Of a stretch of DNA of 64,000 nucleotides, positions 13,220 to 26,672 are shown one piece after another. Below the pieces are notes generated by a model. It saw only the letters and a list, made by a program, of their open reading frames with translations. It did not search any database and was not told where the DNA came from. Source of the stretch: the human T2T-CHM13v2.0 reference genome, Homo sapiens; assembly GCF_009914755.1 (NCBI RefSeq), contig NC_060927.1, one strand, 5' to 3'. Numbering within the stretch: position 1 is the first letter of the stretch; every line of letters starts with the position of its first letter. Both the position numbers and the translations under genes were made by a program.

Positions 13220-13411
13220 CCCTCCGCCCGCCCTCGGAAGACCGAGACAGCGGAGAGGTTGCGGGTGAGCTGCGCTGAGCCCAGGAGCCGAGGAGTCGGG
13301 AGCGCAGCGCAGCCCGAGCCCGAGCCCGAGCGGCCCCGCGTCCCGAGCGCACCGGAGCGGCCGAGCCGCCCGGAGCAGCGCCTGTCCCGGGCAGCGCAGC
13401 CCCGGCCGCAG
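13220..13411 (+). other. SLC6A1: SLC6A1 exon 1 (non-coding 5' UTR); start approximate
   Basis: Lies in the CpG island, has no ATG, and ends at donor GCAG|GTAGGA (13411/13412). Contains a short (GCCCGA)3 run. Confidence 0.75.
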
Positions 13412-16400
13412 GTAGGAAAGGGCGGCCGGCGTCGGGGCGCGGGGCGCAGAGCCTGGGATAACGGCGCAGGAACGGCCAGAGCCCCGAGCCGCTGCCGCGA
13501 GCCGGGCCGGGTGGGGGGCGGACACCTCGAGATTCAAGCCCCCGCGCCGCACCTTCCCTGAGCCACATGAAGGAGCAGAGGCGCCGCTCGGACCCCGACG
13601 TGCGCCCAGGCCATCCGTCCCCTGGGACACTCGGGAGGCAGGAGGGCTGGAACAGAGGCGAGAGTTGCATGCCCCTTCCCTCCCGCGGTGCCCCACTGGC
13701 CCCGCAAGTTGGCACTGGATTCTGCTGGAGCCGTCGAAGCTCCCTATTCATTCCCCAGGGCATGGAGGGGACGCGGAGTGAATGACACGAGCAGCGTTGG
13801 GGGGCCGTGCGCCACTTTCCCAATCCTGGGGTCAGCTGAGCCGAGTTAGAGCTATGCCCCTCATTTGTTCTCTGCGGGCTACGGCGGGGTCGGGTGCGAC
13901 TTGAGGATGGGACGTCTCTGGGACAGCCCAAGCTCTCAGAAACGTTGGCTTAAAAGCACACCGGGGCTTGGGCTGAGTGCACCGGAGCTAAGCCTAGTGC
14001 ACCAGAGCTCGCGCCGCGCTCTCCCAGCCCCGACTTTCTCCAAGAGATGTGGGGTGCGGGCGGTCCCTTAGAGGGCTGGAGGACGGTGCCTCCTTGCTGC
14101 TTCGGGAACTGCGCTCCCCTTCTTGCTTTTGGTCTCTGCGTGTACTCCCCGGCGCGACACCGCTCACCACGGTAGCCTCGGGCAGTGCCCATTGGGTTCT
14201 GAGCACACGTCCCCACGGGTGGCACCCACAGATGTCCTGTTCTAGGCTTGGCTCGGTCTTCAGACAAGAAACTCAGACCGGGCAGTCCCCTGTTGAGGCT
14301 CTGAGCTAATATCCTCCCAAAATAGACATGAACCACAAGGAGAATTTTTTAAAAGCCAAATGATAACACCACGTTCTTTCCGGATGTGGGGCTGGAGCGC
14401 TCATTCCCTTTCCCAGGAAGCTCAGCCTTATCCCCATGAAGAGCTGGGGGGGCGGGGAGGGCGGGAATAAAATGGCTCCTGAGATTTGTGACACCCCAAA
14501 AATCAGAGACGGTATCAGACTGAGTGGCATTGGGGGTCTACCTTTGTTTTTCTATGACACACAAGGTGGGTGTTTGGCAAGAGAGTAGGGATGTTGGGTG
14601 CTGGATAGTGCCTAGATTCTGTGTCTTTGGGAACTTTGGGGGAAGTGTCCTCCTAAGGGAGCCAAAAAGGCTGCTACCCCAGTCCCCCAAATTCCAAAAC
14701 AAAAGAGGTCAGTGAAAGCTACTCGCATTTTGCATGTTATCTCTTTATCTTTGGAGCACATTGGGAAGGACTGACCCAGCTCCAGATCAGGGTCTGATTG
14801 GGGCAGGACAGACCCTCTCCAAGGCAGAGAAGGGGAAAAAGAACTTGCCCTTAGAAGTGGGAGTCCCTGGGGGAGTGGGACAGACCTTTTCCCAGAGCAG
14901 CCCTGGCAAAATGGCTGAGCCTCCCTTGAGCCTCAGAAATAAATCATCAGGCAGGCAGCAAACAAAGAAAGAGCTCTGTCTCCAGCCAAGCACTGGCTCA
15001 GTGGCCAGTCCTTGGAGGACAAACAGTGAGTCCCAAGCAGAGAGACGCAGCCCGGCCTGTCTGGCAGAGCATCTGGAAAGTGGGGTTCCCCTAGGAACAC
15101 ACAGGAGAGAGGCAGCCACTCTGGAGGTAAAATCAGGGACCCTCTGTCCTGATGTGGGACACTTTATTTCAGGTCTGGAGGCTTGATGAGAAGTGGGTCT
15201 CCAGGAACTTAGATGGGGCTGGGAAGGATGTCTGGAGACCAAGGAGTAGGTAGCTTAGAGGGTAAAGATGAGGCACAATCAAGTCCATCGAAGCCAAAAG
15301 ATGCACAGTGGCCACGTCTCTCCTGCCTGCCACGGATTTTACATGCCTGGTGACCCCGGAGCAGCAGAGGCTATAAATTTTTTTACACGTGGCCCAGCAC
15401 ACAGCAGGACCTCAATAAACCTCTTAGAATAAAGCCTGCATGGATGGAAGGTGATGCTATCACTGGCATGGACCTACCTGCAATCTGTACCTGTCTCACT
15501 GAGCCAGGAAGGCTATAAAATGTGGCCCCTTAGTCCATAGCCGGGAATGAACGAGCCCCAGATGAGGGTTTGCTTTGAGCTGGGGCATTGCCATTTCTGG
15601 CCAGGTGACCTTGGGTACGTTCTTGTTCCTGTTGGAAGGAAGGAATGGAGTACCCAAAGCTTCCAATGTGCCAGGGATTATTCCTACAAGAACCGTGTGG
15701 AGCAGGCACTATTCTAATCCCCACTTCAGAGGCGATGAAACTGGATGCAGAGAGGGGAAGTGACTTGTCCAAGGTCACATAGCCAGGAGGAGGAAGGGCA
15801 GGGATCTTAACCCTACTGTTCTAATTTCCAGGCCAACTCTGTCCTATTGTGGGTCTCTGGGCCTCGGTTTTTCCATCTGTAAAGTGAAGTGATGGGGTGG
15901 TAGTTCCCGTGGGCCTGCCATGGGAGCAGTGGCTGGTCCTCTACCTTGGTGGCATATGACATGTGGAGAGCACCATGAAATAAATAAAGCACCAATATCA
16001 GGCCACTTCTTGCCATCACACAAAGACTCCATTCCTTGGCTTGGCTGTGAGCTCAGCAGCTGAGATAGAGTTCCATGCTACTTGGAATTTGGAGATGTCT
16101 TTTCCACCCTCTTGCTTGTCTATGGGTCTCAGGCAGAGTGTTAATGACCGTTGATTCAGCCTTGCCACCACCTTTAGCCACCTGCATCCTGAAGTCCATC
16201 TCCTTTGTCCTTAGAAGCCCATCCCTGTTGCCTAGCCCAAAATGGGCCCACCTTCCCCTTGACTACCACCCCCGCCCCAGCAGCCCCTCTCCTCAGCCAC
16301 AGCCCCAATGCCAAACCCAGTTAGAGCCACTTCATCCCCTCTCTGCCCAAATGAAAACTAAAATGCAAGCGTCAGCAGGCCTGTCTATGCCTGTGTCGGG

Positions 16401-19400
16401 ACTACCCCTTCAATTCACCCGTGCAACGTCGCCTGAGCTTCTCTGTGCCTGGAGAATGGTGGGCAGGGTATAGCCCCGCTGAATGACAGCAACCTCGAAT
16501 TGACTTCAGTTGCCAAGAGCATTGGGCACTTCCCCCACAAGGTGAAAAGATCATCCTGTGTCCACTGCTCTGTGGCTTGGCATGCCTCGATGCTGGCTTC
16601 TCAGACAGGCCCTGCACGGGTGGCTCTTCTTGCCAACTTTACCCCATTCTCTGAAGGGCACTGGGAGATGGAGGGGAAGAGGTTGGTGCTTGAAAAAGAA
16701 AAGATTGGGAGGCCAGATGTGCACCCCAAAATAGGACTTCCCAGGAAATGGGTCTCAGTGAGCATATTAACATCCAGCATCTTCATCTACTCCATGCTCA
16801 CCTAAGACCTCTGGGGTCAGGGGAAGGGGCTATGGAGTCAGTGGGAAGTGGGCCAGTAGCAGACAGGAGAGTTGCCTGGCATAGGCAGTAGGTGTGAATG
16901 CAAGCTGTGATATTTCAGCAGAGACCTGGAATTCAGTCATAAACAGAAAAGAAAGAAAACACTAAATATTGTTCCAATGCAATTGTATCAAAAACAGTAA
17001 TAACTGTCAGTTACTGCATGTTGGCAATATGCCAGGGACTGTGCTGTGTGCTTTATATCGTTGCAGTTAATTTTCACAAAACCCTGTGAGATACGTAGCA
17101 TAATGATCCCTGTCAGGGTGAGGAAACTGAGGAGGAGAGGGGCTAAAGCACTTGCTGCAGGATCACTGGGCTGGTAAATAGCCTTAAAGCCCAAACTCAG
17201 TCACAGCATGCTTAAATCTCTGCCACTGAAAAGCCCCTGACACTGCTTACTTGGCAATGACCATGAGCGCCCCCCGCTGCCTCCACCCCAGTTAAGGAGC
17301 TGCACAGTTTACAAAGCACTTCTTCATCCATTCCATCTGTGGAGCTTTGCCACAGCTCTGGGAGGCTGGGTGGCATGATAGCTTCTGCGTGATAACTGGG
17401 GAAGCTGACTTGCAGAGAGATGAATTTGTGCCCAAGGTCCCTCAGCTGCTAGGTTGCAGAACTGGGGTTCAAATTGAGATGTCCAGCCTGTTACAACATA
17501 TTTGGGACCTAGATTTTAAATTCATTTGCAGCTAGTGCTGATGTCATGCACTCAGCCACCTTTCCCTAACTCTCGGGTATCCCCCAATTTTGTCCCCACC
17601 ATCTTACTGCTCAGGAAGCTATTGAGAGTGCCCTGACAAAGCCATCAGCTGCATTTACCGTGATCTGACATGACACAGAAGTGGCATCCGATTCTATGCA
17701 AGCTGCCTGCAGCGAATGGTCTTCTATTTTTACATTTCTCACAAATTGGAAATTACAAGGAGGCCAGGTCTTGCAGCGAGATTGGCTGTGGTGCTCTGAA
17801 AGCAGGGGATGTACAACTAGGTGGAACAGGCCACTTTAGGATGCCAGGGGCACTGTTGGCTGTGAAAGGGGCCCCCTGGCTGCTGGGGCTGGATGGGATC
17901 CTGGCACACAGGCCAGGCTTGGGGATGCAGGAGTTAGTGACTGCCTTGGACGGTGACCTGCAGCTCTGCCCACCTGTCGGCTGCCTGGTGTCTGCAAGAT
18001 CTGTGTCTCACGCCAGCTCCTGAGATAACTGAGCCCTGGCCAGAGGGACATTCAAGGTCAAAGATGCCCTGAAACATCGACAGCAGGTTGCTTTCATGGC
18101 TGTGTAGTTTGATAAGGAGATTCTGTGCAGGGAGAGGGCAGCAGCCACAGGGAGGTGAGCAAAGACATTTGGTATCAGTGTTGCGGTTTGCTGCAACTTA
18201 GCGCTGATCACGATACTCCCGGTCATCAGAACCGCACTTTATACTTTGCTAAAAATGCTCTTGCAGCTGCTTTTTCTTTTGATCATGTATGAAGTATTCC
18301 AGGGGAAGAAAATATGGTCCTTGAGATCCTGGAGAAGAATCCTCTCTCCAATAAAGAGTGATTTTTTTAAAGCTAGTTTTCTTATAAAGCCCAAATCAGA
18401 ATGACCTTGACCCAAATGAGGCTCCTTTGCACACATGTGCGTACATGCACACGTTAACACTTATGTAGAATTTCAGTTTTCAAAGTGTTTTCTCAGTCAA
18501 AGCTTGTGACAGCCCTGGGAACTTCAAGTGAAGGTAATTTTATTGTTATTATTGGTACCATTATTATCCCCATCCAAAAGATGAACCTGAGGCTCAGTGA
18601 GCCCTGACTCCTCATCTCTGTCCCCTAGTTTCCCAGCTGATGAAAATCACCTTTGCTAGGCTGAAATCCAAGTTCACCAGGTAGCCCCTTGAGAAGGAGC
18701 CCAGATGAGGCCAGATCTGGTAGGAGGCAGAGCACAGAGCACTCAAAGATCGAGACGTACAAGAGAGCGTGGGAAGGCACGGCTGTGAGGCTGGGGAGAA
18801 AAGGGCCGTAGCATCTTGTAACCTTACCTGAGCTCTGGCCAGAGATTAACATCTCCTTGGTTATGCGCAGAGTTTGGGGTCCAAAGTGTGATCATTTGGC
18901 CGGGGGGTCCCAGCAGTAACCAGGCCTGGAGGGAGAGGAAGGGATGGTTGCTCTCACACACCTATGTGCACACAAGAATGCTTTTCTCGGTGAATTGGGG
19001 GAGAAATGAACACCAGGGACCCCATGAGATTTCATAGAAGGATCTAAAGGTCTTGGTAGCCAGGAAGGTTGTGGGGAGTGTTTGTATGTGAGCCTCAGCT
19101 CAGACCCACTGGAGGAGCAGGCTGTGTGCTTCTGAGCCATGCCCAGGCAAGAGGGCAGGGATCACTCACCTCTGCCTTTGGACTGTTGCCATGCTGGAGA
19201 TTGTGAAATATCATGAGTTCTAGGAGCTTCCCTCTTGGGTGCAGGGGGAGGCAAGAGACCTGAGGGTTTGACAGTTCCCTGGCTGGATGGTGGGGAGAGA
19301 ACTTGTCCAGCTGGGCCCTGACAGTGAGTTCAGAGGGCCTGCTGGGCACTGGTCCCTGAGCCAAGGCTGATACTGGATGATAGGTGCTACTCTCTCCTTC

Positions 19401-22189
19401 TGCCAGAGAGGACCCTGAGCCCAAGGGTGGTGGAGTCACTTGCCACAGGGTGCACAGACCAAGTTTGGTCCCAGGTCTTGGTGATGCCAACCTCATGCTG
19501 CTTCTGAAAAGCACCTGAGACAAGATAACTGTTGGGGAGCCAGGGGCTTTTTCTCTGTATTCGCCATTTCTGGCTGTGCCATGCAAGGGCTGAGAAAAAG
19601 TGAAAGCAATACAAAATAAAAGTGGCCAAAAGCAAAAGCTACCAGCTTCCTGGGCACCGTCTGAGCTGCCAGCCTGCAATCCAGGCTTCACTGCCGCCTG
19701 AGCTGACCAAGCCCCTTTCCGCCCAAGTCAGATGTTTCCAGAGCTTAAGATCCAGGACCCACCTATGATTAAAAAAATAATAATAAAAAGTAGGCCTGGG
19801 GAGAGAGAAGAAGTCATCTTACTGAAGAGTATTTTTGAAAGATGGAATTTAAATGCACGCATGTATTACATATGCATTTTTAGCAGGTTGGTTCAGCATA
19901 ATGACACAGAATGATCTGATATGTACATCTCTCAGTCTTGGGCTCTGCCTGTGACCTAGGCACTGAGCCAGTACTTCACAAGCATTGTCCCAGGATCCTC
20001 AATAAGGAAACTGAGGCTCAGGGAGCTCAAGAAGTTGCCCAAGGTCATACCACTGACACAGGGCAGAGCTGGGAATCAGATCCAAAGCTGCAGGGCTCCG
20101 AGGCTTGGGCTTGCAGACCTGAGAAAGAAGTGGGAGAGCCGCCTTCTGCTGGGCCTCAAGCCTGTGGGGGACCGTGGGCAGGTTCTTTCCCCTCTTGGCT
20201 TTGCATGCTCAGTTCATACAGCCAAGAGGTTTGGACCATTGGATAGGATGATCGGCTGCTCCCCGCACCAGGCGCCAGTTCTCCAGGCAAGGGGAGGGAA
20301 GTTGCACGCCCCACTTCCTCCTCTCCTCCTCCATTTCCCCCATAATAGCCTCCCCGAGACTAATGACTGAGGAAGATAAGAGCCCTTTCTCCAAATGGCA
20401 GTGAATGCCACTAATGACAGAGCAGATGCAGCACTGTTAATTATTCCACGGGTATTAAATGAAAACGCCAGCCCTGGAGGAGTTAAATAGCACCACTGAT
20501 CTGGCAACGTCTGTGCTTAAAAGTGATGCCATCAAACCGGGCCGGGGCAGAGCAGCCCCCTCCCCAAACTTGGAGCTAGACAGGAGTCACAAAGTAAGGG
20601 TCCCCTCATTGGTCACAGACCCCTCTTCAGCTCAGGGTCCGAAGCAGCTCCTTGGAGACATGGATCGGTGGCTGCTTTGGGAGATTTTCTTAAAGGCCCC
20701 TGGGGGGCCTAGACTAGTTATCCTTAGGGGCAGATGTGGACAAACAATTGGACCGAATAAAACTCTGAGCACCTACTGTGTGCCAGGTCCTATTTTGGAT
20801 TGTAGAAAGAAACTGGATGCTGTTCCTGCCCTTTGAAGATCCACTTGCATTGAAAACCGTAGATTCCTTAAGAGCAGGAATGCTGTGTTGTTTGGAGTCT
20901 CTGGTCCCATAGTCAAGAACACAGAGTGGGTACCTCTGTATTACTTTGATTATCTGCTGGTTCCTTGAATGAGAGCCAGAGGCCACACAGATTGTGGCCA
21001 GAGTGAGATCGGTGGGCAGAGGGACTGGGCCAGGGTCAGGCTGTCTTCTTCAGGTACAAGCAACATGACCTTCCTGGACAGCTTAGCCCCAGGTTCTGAA
21101 ACAAGCCATGACCTGGATGAAGAGCCGGGTTTTCCACTTGCTGAGGCACCACAGGCGACTCCTTTGCCCTCTCTGAGCCTCAGTTTGCACATCTGCAAAA
21201 TGGGGAGGATAAGGGCCATGATGGCTGCAGGCAAAACAACTGTCTCCTAACCAATCCTGGCCCTGAATCTGGAGGATCACAGAGACCTCATGAATGTTTG
21301 AAGAGTGACATTCTGGAGGAAATTCAGCAGAGAGAGAGAGTGTAGTCACCAAAGGCAGCATCTGGTTCTTCCTGTGGGTCTCACTCAAATCTCACTCCAA
21401 CCCCCAATTCATCTCCAGCAGCTCAGGTCACTTGTTCCCAGCTTCCTGGACCTGGAAAGCTGTTTCTCAGGTCTTTGTAGGCTAGAGAACATCACAAAAC
21501 CCACCCATTTCAGACACACCTGTGTTATAGATGGGTAAACTGAGGCCTAGAGAGGAAGAGTCCTAGGTCTTGCAGAGGCTAGGACCCAGAGCTTCTAACC
21601 CCTAACCCAGTGCTCTTTCCCTTCCACCAAGCCAGCCCAGCTCCTCCGTTAAGAAATTATTAAATAGAGTTGGTGGAAGGACTCTGGTTGCCGTGACAAC
21701 GGAGCCTGTGTCCTCGGGAGATAATGGCGTTGCACAAGGCAGAGCGATGTGTGTTGAATGCTGATTCAGGACCTGCTAGAGTGAGAGTGAGTACAAGAGG
21801 AGAGTGGAGGGGACCATGTCTAGAACTCGAGCTTCCCCAAGAAGGAGGTGCGGGACTGGTAGGGGTGGGGCAAATTGCCTTCTCTACTTCCATCCTTCCT
21901 ACAGCCTTGTCAGAATGGGATACTTCCCTGCACTTCGTGGAGGTGCAGAGTCAGGTGAGGAGAGGTGAAGTGACTCATCCCAGGTCACACAACCAGGAAA
22001 GAGCCAGAGCTGGGATTATACCTCCAACCAACACGGGGGCCTAGGCTATAGGGAGGGCCTGGAAGGAGGCTCACCTGCAGGGGCAGGGGATGGTTGATGG
22101 AGACCTCTCTAAAGTCTTAAGTGCTTGTGGAGGTCCTGATGGTCCAGGAATGACAATTCCAGCCCAAGAGGAAGAGAAAACAGAATGTC

Positions 22190-22420
22190 AGCATAGCTAA
22201 AAGCATCAGCTTTGGAGCCAAAGTCACATCTCTCCCTGCCACTTACTAAACTGTGTAATCCTGGATGAGTCACTTTCTCTCTGAGCCTCAGTGTCCTCAT
22301 CTGCAAAATGGGGATAATGCCGGCACCTACCTCATAGGATTGTGGTGAGACTGCATATCATGAGGAAGATAAAGCATCGAGCCCCAATCCTGGCCATAGC
22401 TCAATCACCAGCAGCTGTTG
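22190..22420. mobile_element. MIR (representative; many other MIR/L2 fragments occur, e.g. about 2220, 6340, 15700, 17000, 28500, 29230, 43400, 44150)
   Basis: MIR core CTCTGAGCCTCAGTGTCCTCATCTGCAAAATGGGGATAAT...CCTACCTCATAGGATTGT. Confidence 0.75.
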
Positions 22421-23416
22421 TTATGAACCAAAGGGGAGAGGCTGGGAAAAGGATCCACTCCCAACCATGTATCAGCTTGTAATTTGTGGTGTTGGAAGAG
22501 CGAAACTGGCTAACACAGTACAAGCATGATACATAACAGGGCTCTTCATTCCAGGCTAGTAAATATCACTAGAACAAATGAACAGCTCCATCACCAAAAA
22601 TATACATAAATATTTTGCATTTGAAGAGTGTGAATGTTGTACCTCACTGCAAATGTACTGTCCTTAAAAACCTCCATGCACACCTCACTGAGGGAATGTG
22701 TGTTTTCTCTGTGCCAGCTATCTAAATGACCCCATGCTGCAAACGCTTTTGGAAAATAAACACTCTCACCCACCCACCTAGTTTCTCTTCTAGAAGCACA
22801 GCTGGTTCAGTGTACTTACCTCCCTAATCAGGGATTGGAGAACATGGGGTTAATACCCTGTGAAACCCCAAAGTGCATCATTTGCATGCTGGCAAAGATG
22901 CAGGCTGGCAGACAACCCCATTCCATTTTGGAAGCGGAAAGAGGGTGCTGGACTCAGGCATTTGGCTGTTTGAAAAGCGCTGGTAAGAGCTGGGATCCTG
23001 ATGATTGAGATGCAAGCAACCATTTTGTTTGTTTCCGCAAACCTGTTTGAGCAAATCCACCCCCAGAGATAGCAACCTGTTTCTGGGTCCCCTGAGAGAG
23101 AGGGTCATTTGTTTGCTGCTGTTTCTGGGGCTGGATGCCAAGCTATGAGGCAATGAGCTGACGACCTTGGATCCTGACACCCCTATTCTATGCAGGCAGG
23201 AGAAGGGTCAGGGAGACTGATTCAGTGAACAAATAAAGACGGTTGACATTTAACCAGGATTTTAATGGGTGTGCCAAATTGCAAGATACATACACATGTC
23301 CACTTTGGGAATCATGTTTAATAAACAATTTGCCCTAAGAATTTGATTCAATCAGCATCTCCCAGTGACTCCCACCATTCCTTTATATTGATTGCCTATA
23401 GGTTAAGATAACACTG

Positions 23417-23788
<372 letters not shown>

Positions 23789-23949
23789 TCAGGTGGTTTA
23801 TTATAATATCTGCCAGGTATCAAGCATTTACTATGTCCTAGATGCTGTACTAACTACATATTTCCCCATTTAATCCTCATAGCAGCCCTAGAAGTAGGTG
23901 TTATCACTTCTGTTTTAGACAGAGAGAGTAGATGACTAACCTACAGTCA

Positions 23950-24354
<405 letters not shown>

Positions 24355-26004
24355 TTACCAAATGGGTAGACTGTTCTTGCTACATAGGAGTTTCCACTTT
24401 ACAAAAACAAGGGGCTCTATACCATAAAATTCCTTTCCACAGCTAAGTGAGTGAGTCAAGAACAGATGCACTGGTGAACGTGAGCATTCAAGTCTTTTAA
24501 AAATAAAATTAGCCTTTATATTGTGGGAAAATATTTTAGACCCTGGAATCTGACCCTTAATTGACTCTGAAAATACACGCCTCCCTCATTCTTGCAGACT
24601 ATTCTAAAGCAGAGTCTCTCTGCGGTTTTTTAAATCCAACTGAGCTTTTATTAAGAGACCAATAGGATTTGTTGTTTCCCAAATATAAAACTATAACACC
24701 AAACATGCTTTTTCAAACTTCACCACCCCCAAGAGTTTGACATATCCCCCAGGAAAGGGGCAATATTAACCCTCATCCATCTTCCACTGCTTAGAGAAAG
24801 AGTTCTACTGAGTGACTAAGATTGTACCGTGTATACAAGGATTGCAAATTCAGGGGCCATTGAGGGCCAGACAGGTCACAGAAATGAGTAAAGAGGTCAG
24901 CGATAGGATGACAGTAATGGTGGGACTTGTAGTAAACTAGAAAACACATCACCACTTCCCTTCTCCAAAGCATGCAAGTTCAATTTCTAAAATTCAAATC
25001 TGATACCACTCAATCAAGCATAGCTGTGGGACCCATTCGGCTCAAAACCACCACGTTGAGATCCCTGGTGGTTCTTATTGTGACCTTGTGTGATCTTGAT
25101 CCAGACAGTTTCTCTTTGGGGCTCAGTCTGATTGTCTCTAGAAGGGGCTGATAGAGCCTGCAGAGCTGCTGAGAGAGAAATGCAGTCCCAGGTGTGGACA
25201 CTTAATAAGGAGCCATGGCGCTGTCTGCAGCCACTGTCACGGATATGCCTTCTGCGACCCTAAGCCAGCTCTCTGTTTGGGCTGTGCTCCTGCACGTCAC
25301 TTATTTAGTTCATCGTTTAGTTCAGCCAGCCCTTGCAGTGTTATTTTTTCTTTTCCCCAAATCTGAATGCTTAAAGGGCCTTTATCTTAATGCCCGTCGG
25401 AGCCTTCCAAGCACATCTTGAACAGGAATGAACAGCTATTTTAACCCCACGGGCTTCTTACAAGTGTGTTTTAAAAGGCAAAGAGCGATGTAAAAGAATG
25501 GCAAAAGGTCATCGTGCCGCTCTTATTTCCTGGTCTAAGTCAGTCCTTTCTGGCCGGTTGAGCACAGGGCTTTTACAGAGGCGTCCCCTGGAACTGAAGT
25601 CCTCCAGAAAGCCCCACACCCCTCAGAGGCAGGAGGAAGAAAGGAGCCTGGAACAGGTGGTGAGGGTGCAGAGGGTGGGCACCCGGACCTGTTCCACAGG
25701 GGCTCGCCCTCGTGCCCAGCACAGGGTTGGGTGCTCAAGCTGGCAATGGGAGACAGCTGCCCTGAGTGGAAGGTTGAGACTAATGGGCTGGCCCCCAGCA
25801 AATACAGTCAGAACCAACTGAAGGAAGTCAGTGGAACAGGCCCTGCAGCCTGGGTTCAAAAATCCCGGCTCCTCAGCCGCTTTTGACCTTGGCCTCCGCC
25901 AACCTCAGGCTTCTCTTGGCTGAAAGGTAGGCTCCTTCCCTCCCTCCTTGGGTTCAGTGAGCGACACAGTGGAGCCTTGCCCAGCTCACAAGCAGTGAAT
26001 GGCG

Positions 26005-26235
26005 CATCTGTTTTCTCTTCTGTCCTTCCTTCCTTCTGCCCTTATTTTTCCTCTTTCCCCTTTCTGATCCCTTCCTGCGCTCCTCCTTTCTTCCTCCTGT
26101 TTTCCTCCTCATCACTCTGCTCCTTTACCCCAGCCTCCTCCTTGTCTGTTTCTCTCCTCCTCTCCTTCCATACCCTTTTCTCTCCTTTCCCCTCCTTCCC
26201 ACCCTCCTCTCTCTCCATCCCTCTCCACTCTTTCA
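26005..26235. repeat. CT-rich low-complexity tract
   Basis: About 230 nt, nearly all pyrimidine on the + strand. Confidence 0.85.
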
Positions 26236-26493
26236 AATCCACCCAGGGAGATGCCTCTGAGTTCCTGTGTCTGATCCCAGGGTTCGATGTTCCTCATCCT
26301 GCAGCAGACGTCTCTGCGGGCACCCACCAGCCCCAGCATGCGCTCCAGGGCCAGCCCAGGGGTTGACATCCAGGGCTTTCCTTACAGGAAGCAATCAAGA
26401 GAGTTTCCAGCATTAAACCACTCAGGAAGCAAGGCCAGTTTCTGCCCGAGAGCATGCCTCACTGGCCCCACAAGAAGAAACAGGCCTAAGGCT

Positions 26494-26672
26494 CAGTGGT
26501 GTGCTGGAGCCTGCTCACAGATGGCACATACCCAATCCTATGACCTCATATTAGTACCTTGCACAGGCCACAGTGGGAGTGTTTACACCACAGAAATCAG
26601 CAGATGCTGCAAATTGAGTCTTCTGTTTTGTTTCCTGAGAGCCCATTGTTAAAGCTTACCAGCACACCATTG
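26494..26672. mobile_element. MER63A-like hAT DNA transposon
   Basis: TIRs CAGTGGTGTGCTGG / CCAGCACACCATTG. Confidence 0.7.

Larger units (their letters stand above)
12640..14200. promoter_or_regulatory. SLC6A1: CpG-island promoter of SLC6A1 with GC boxes; no TATA box evident near exon 1
   Basis: Very high GC and CpG density; GGGCGG/CCGCCC boxes at about 13098-13230; immediately upstream of and overlapping exon 1. Confidence 0.9.

Noticed and set aside
12500-13931. Long antisense ORFs (398 and 465 aa) over the promoter
   Set aside because: Products of stop-poor CpG-island and GA low-complexity sequence; Pro/Arg/Gly/Ser-biased with no domain.
15371-15522. TATA-like GGCTATAAA motifs in intron 1
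   Set aside because: Short motifs with no accompanying CpG, initiator or exon evidence.
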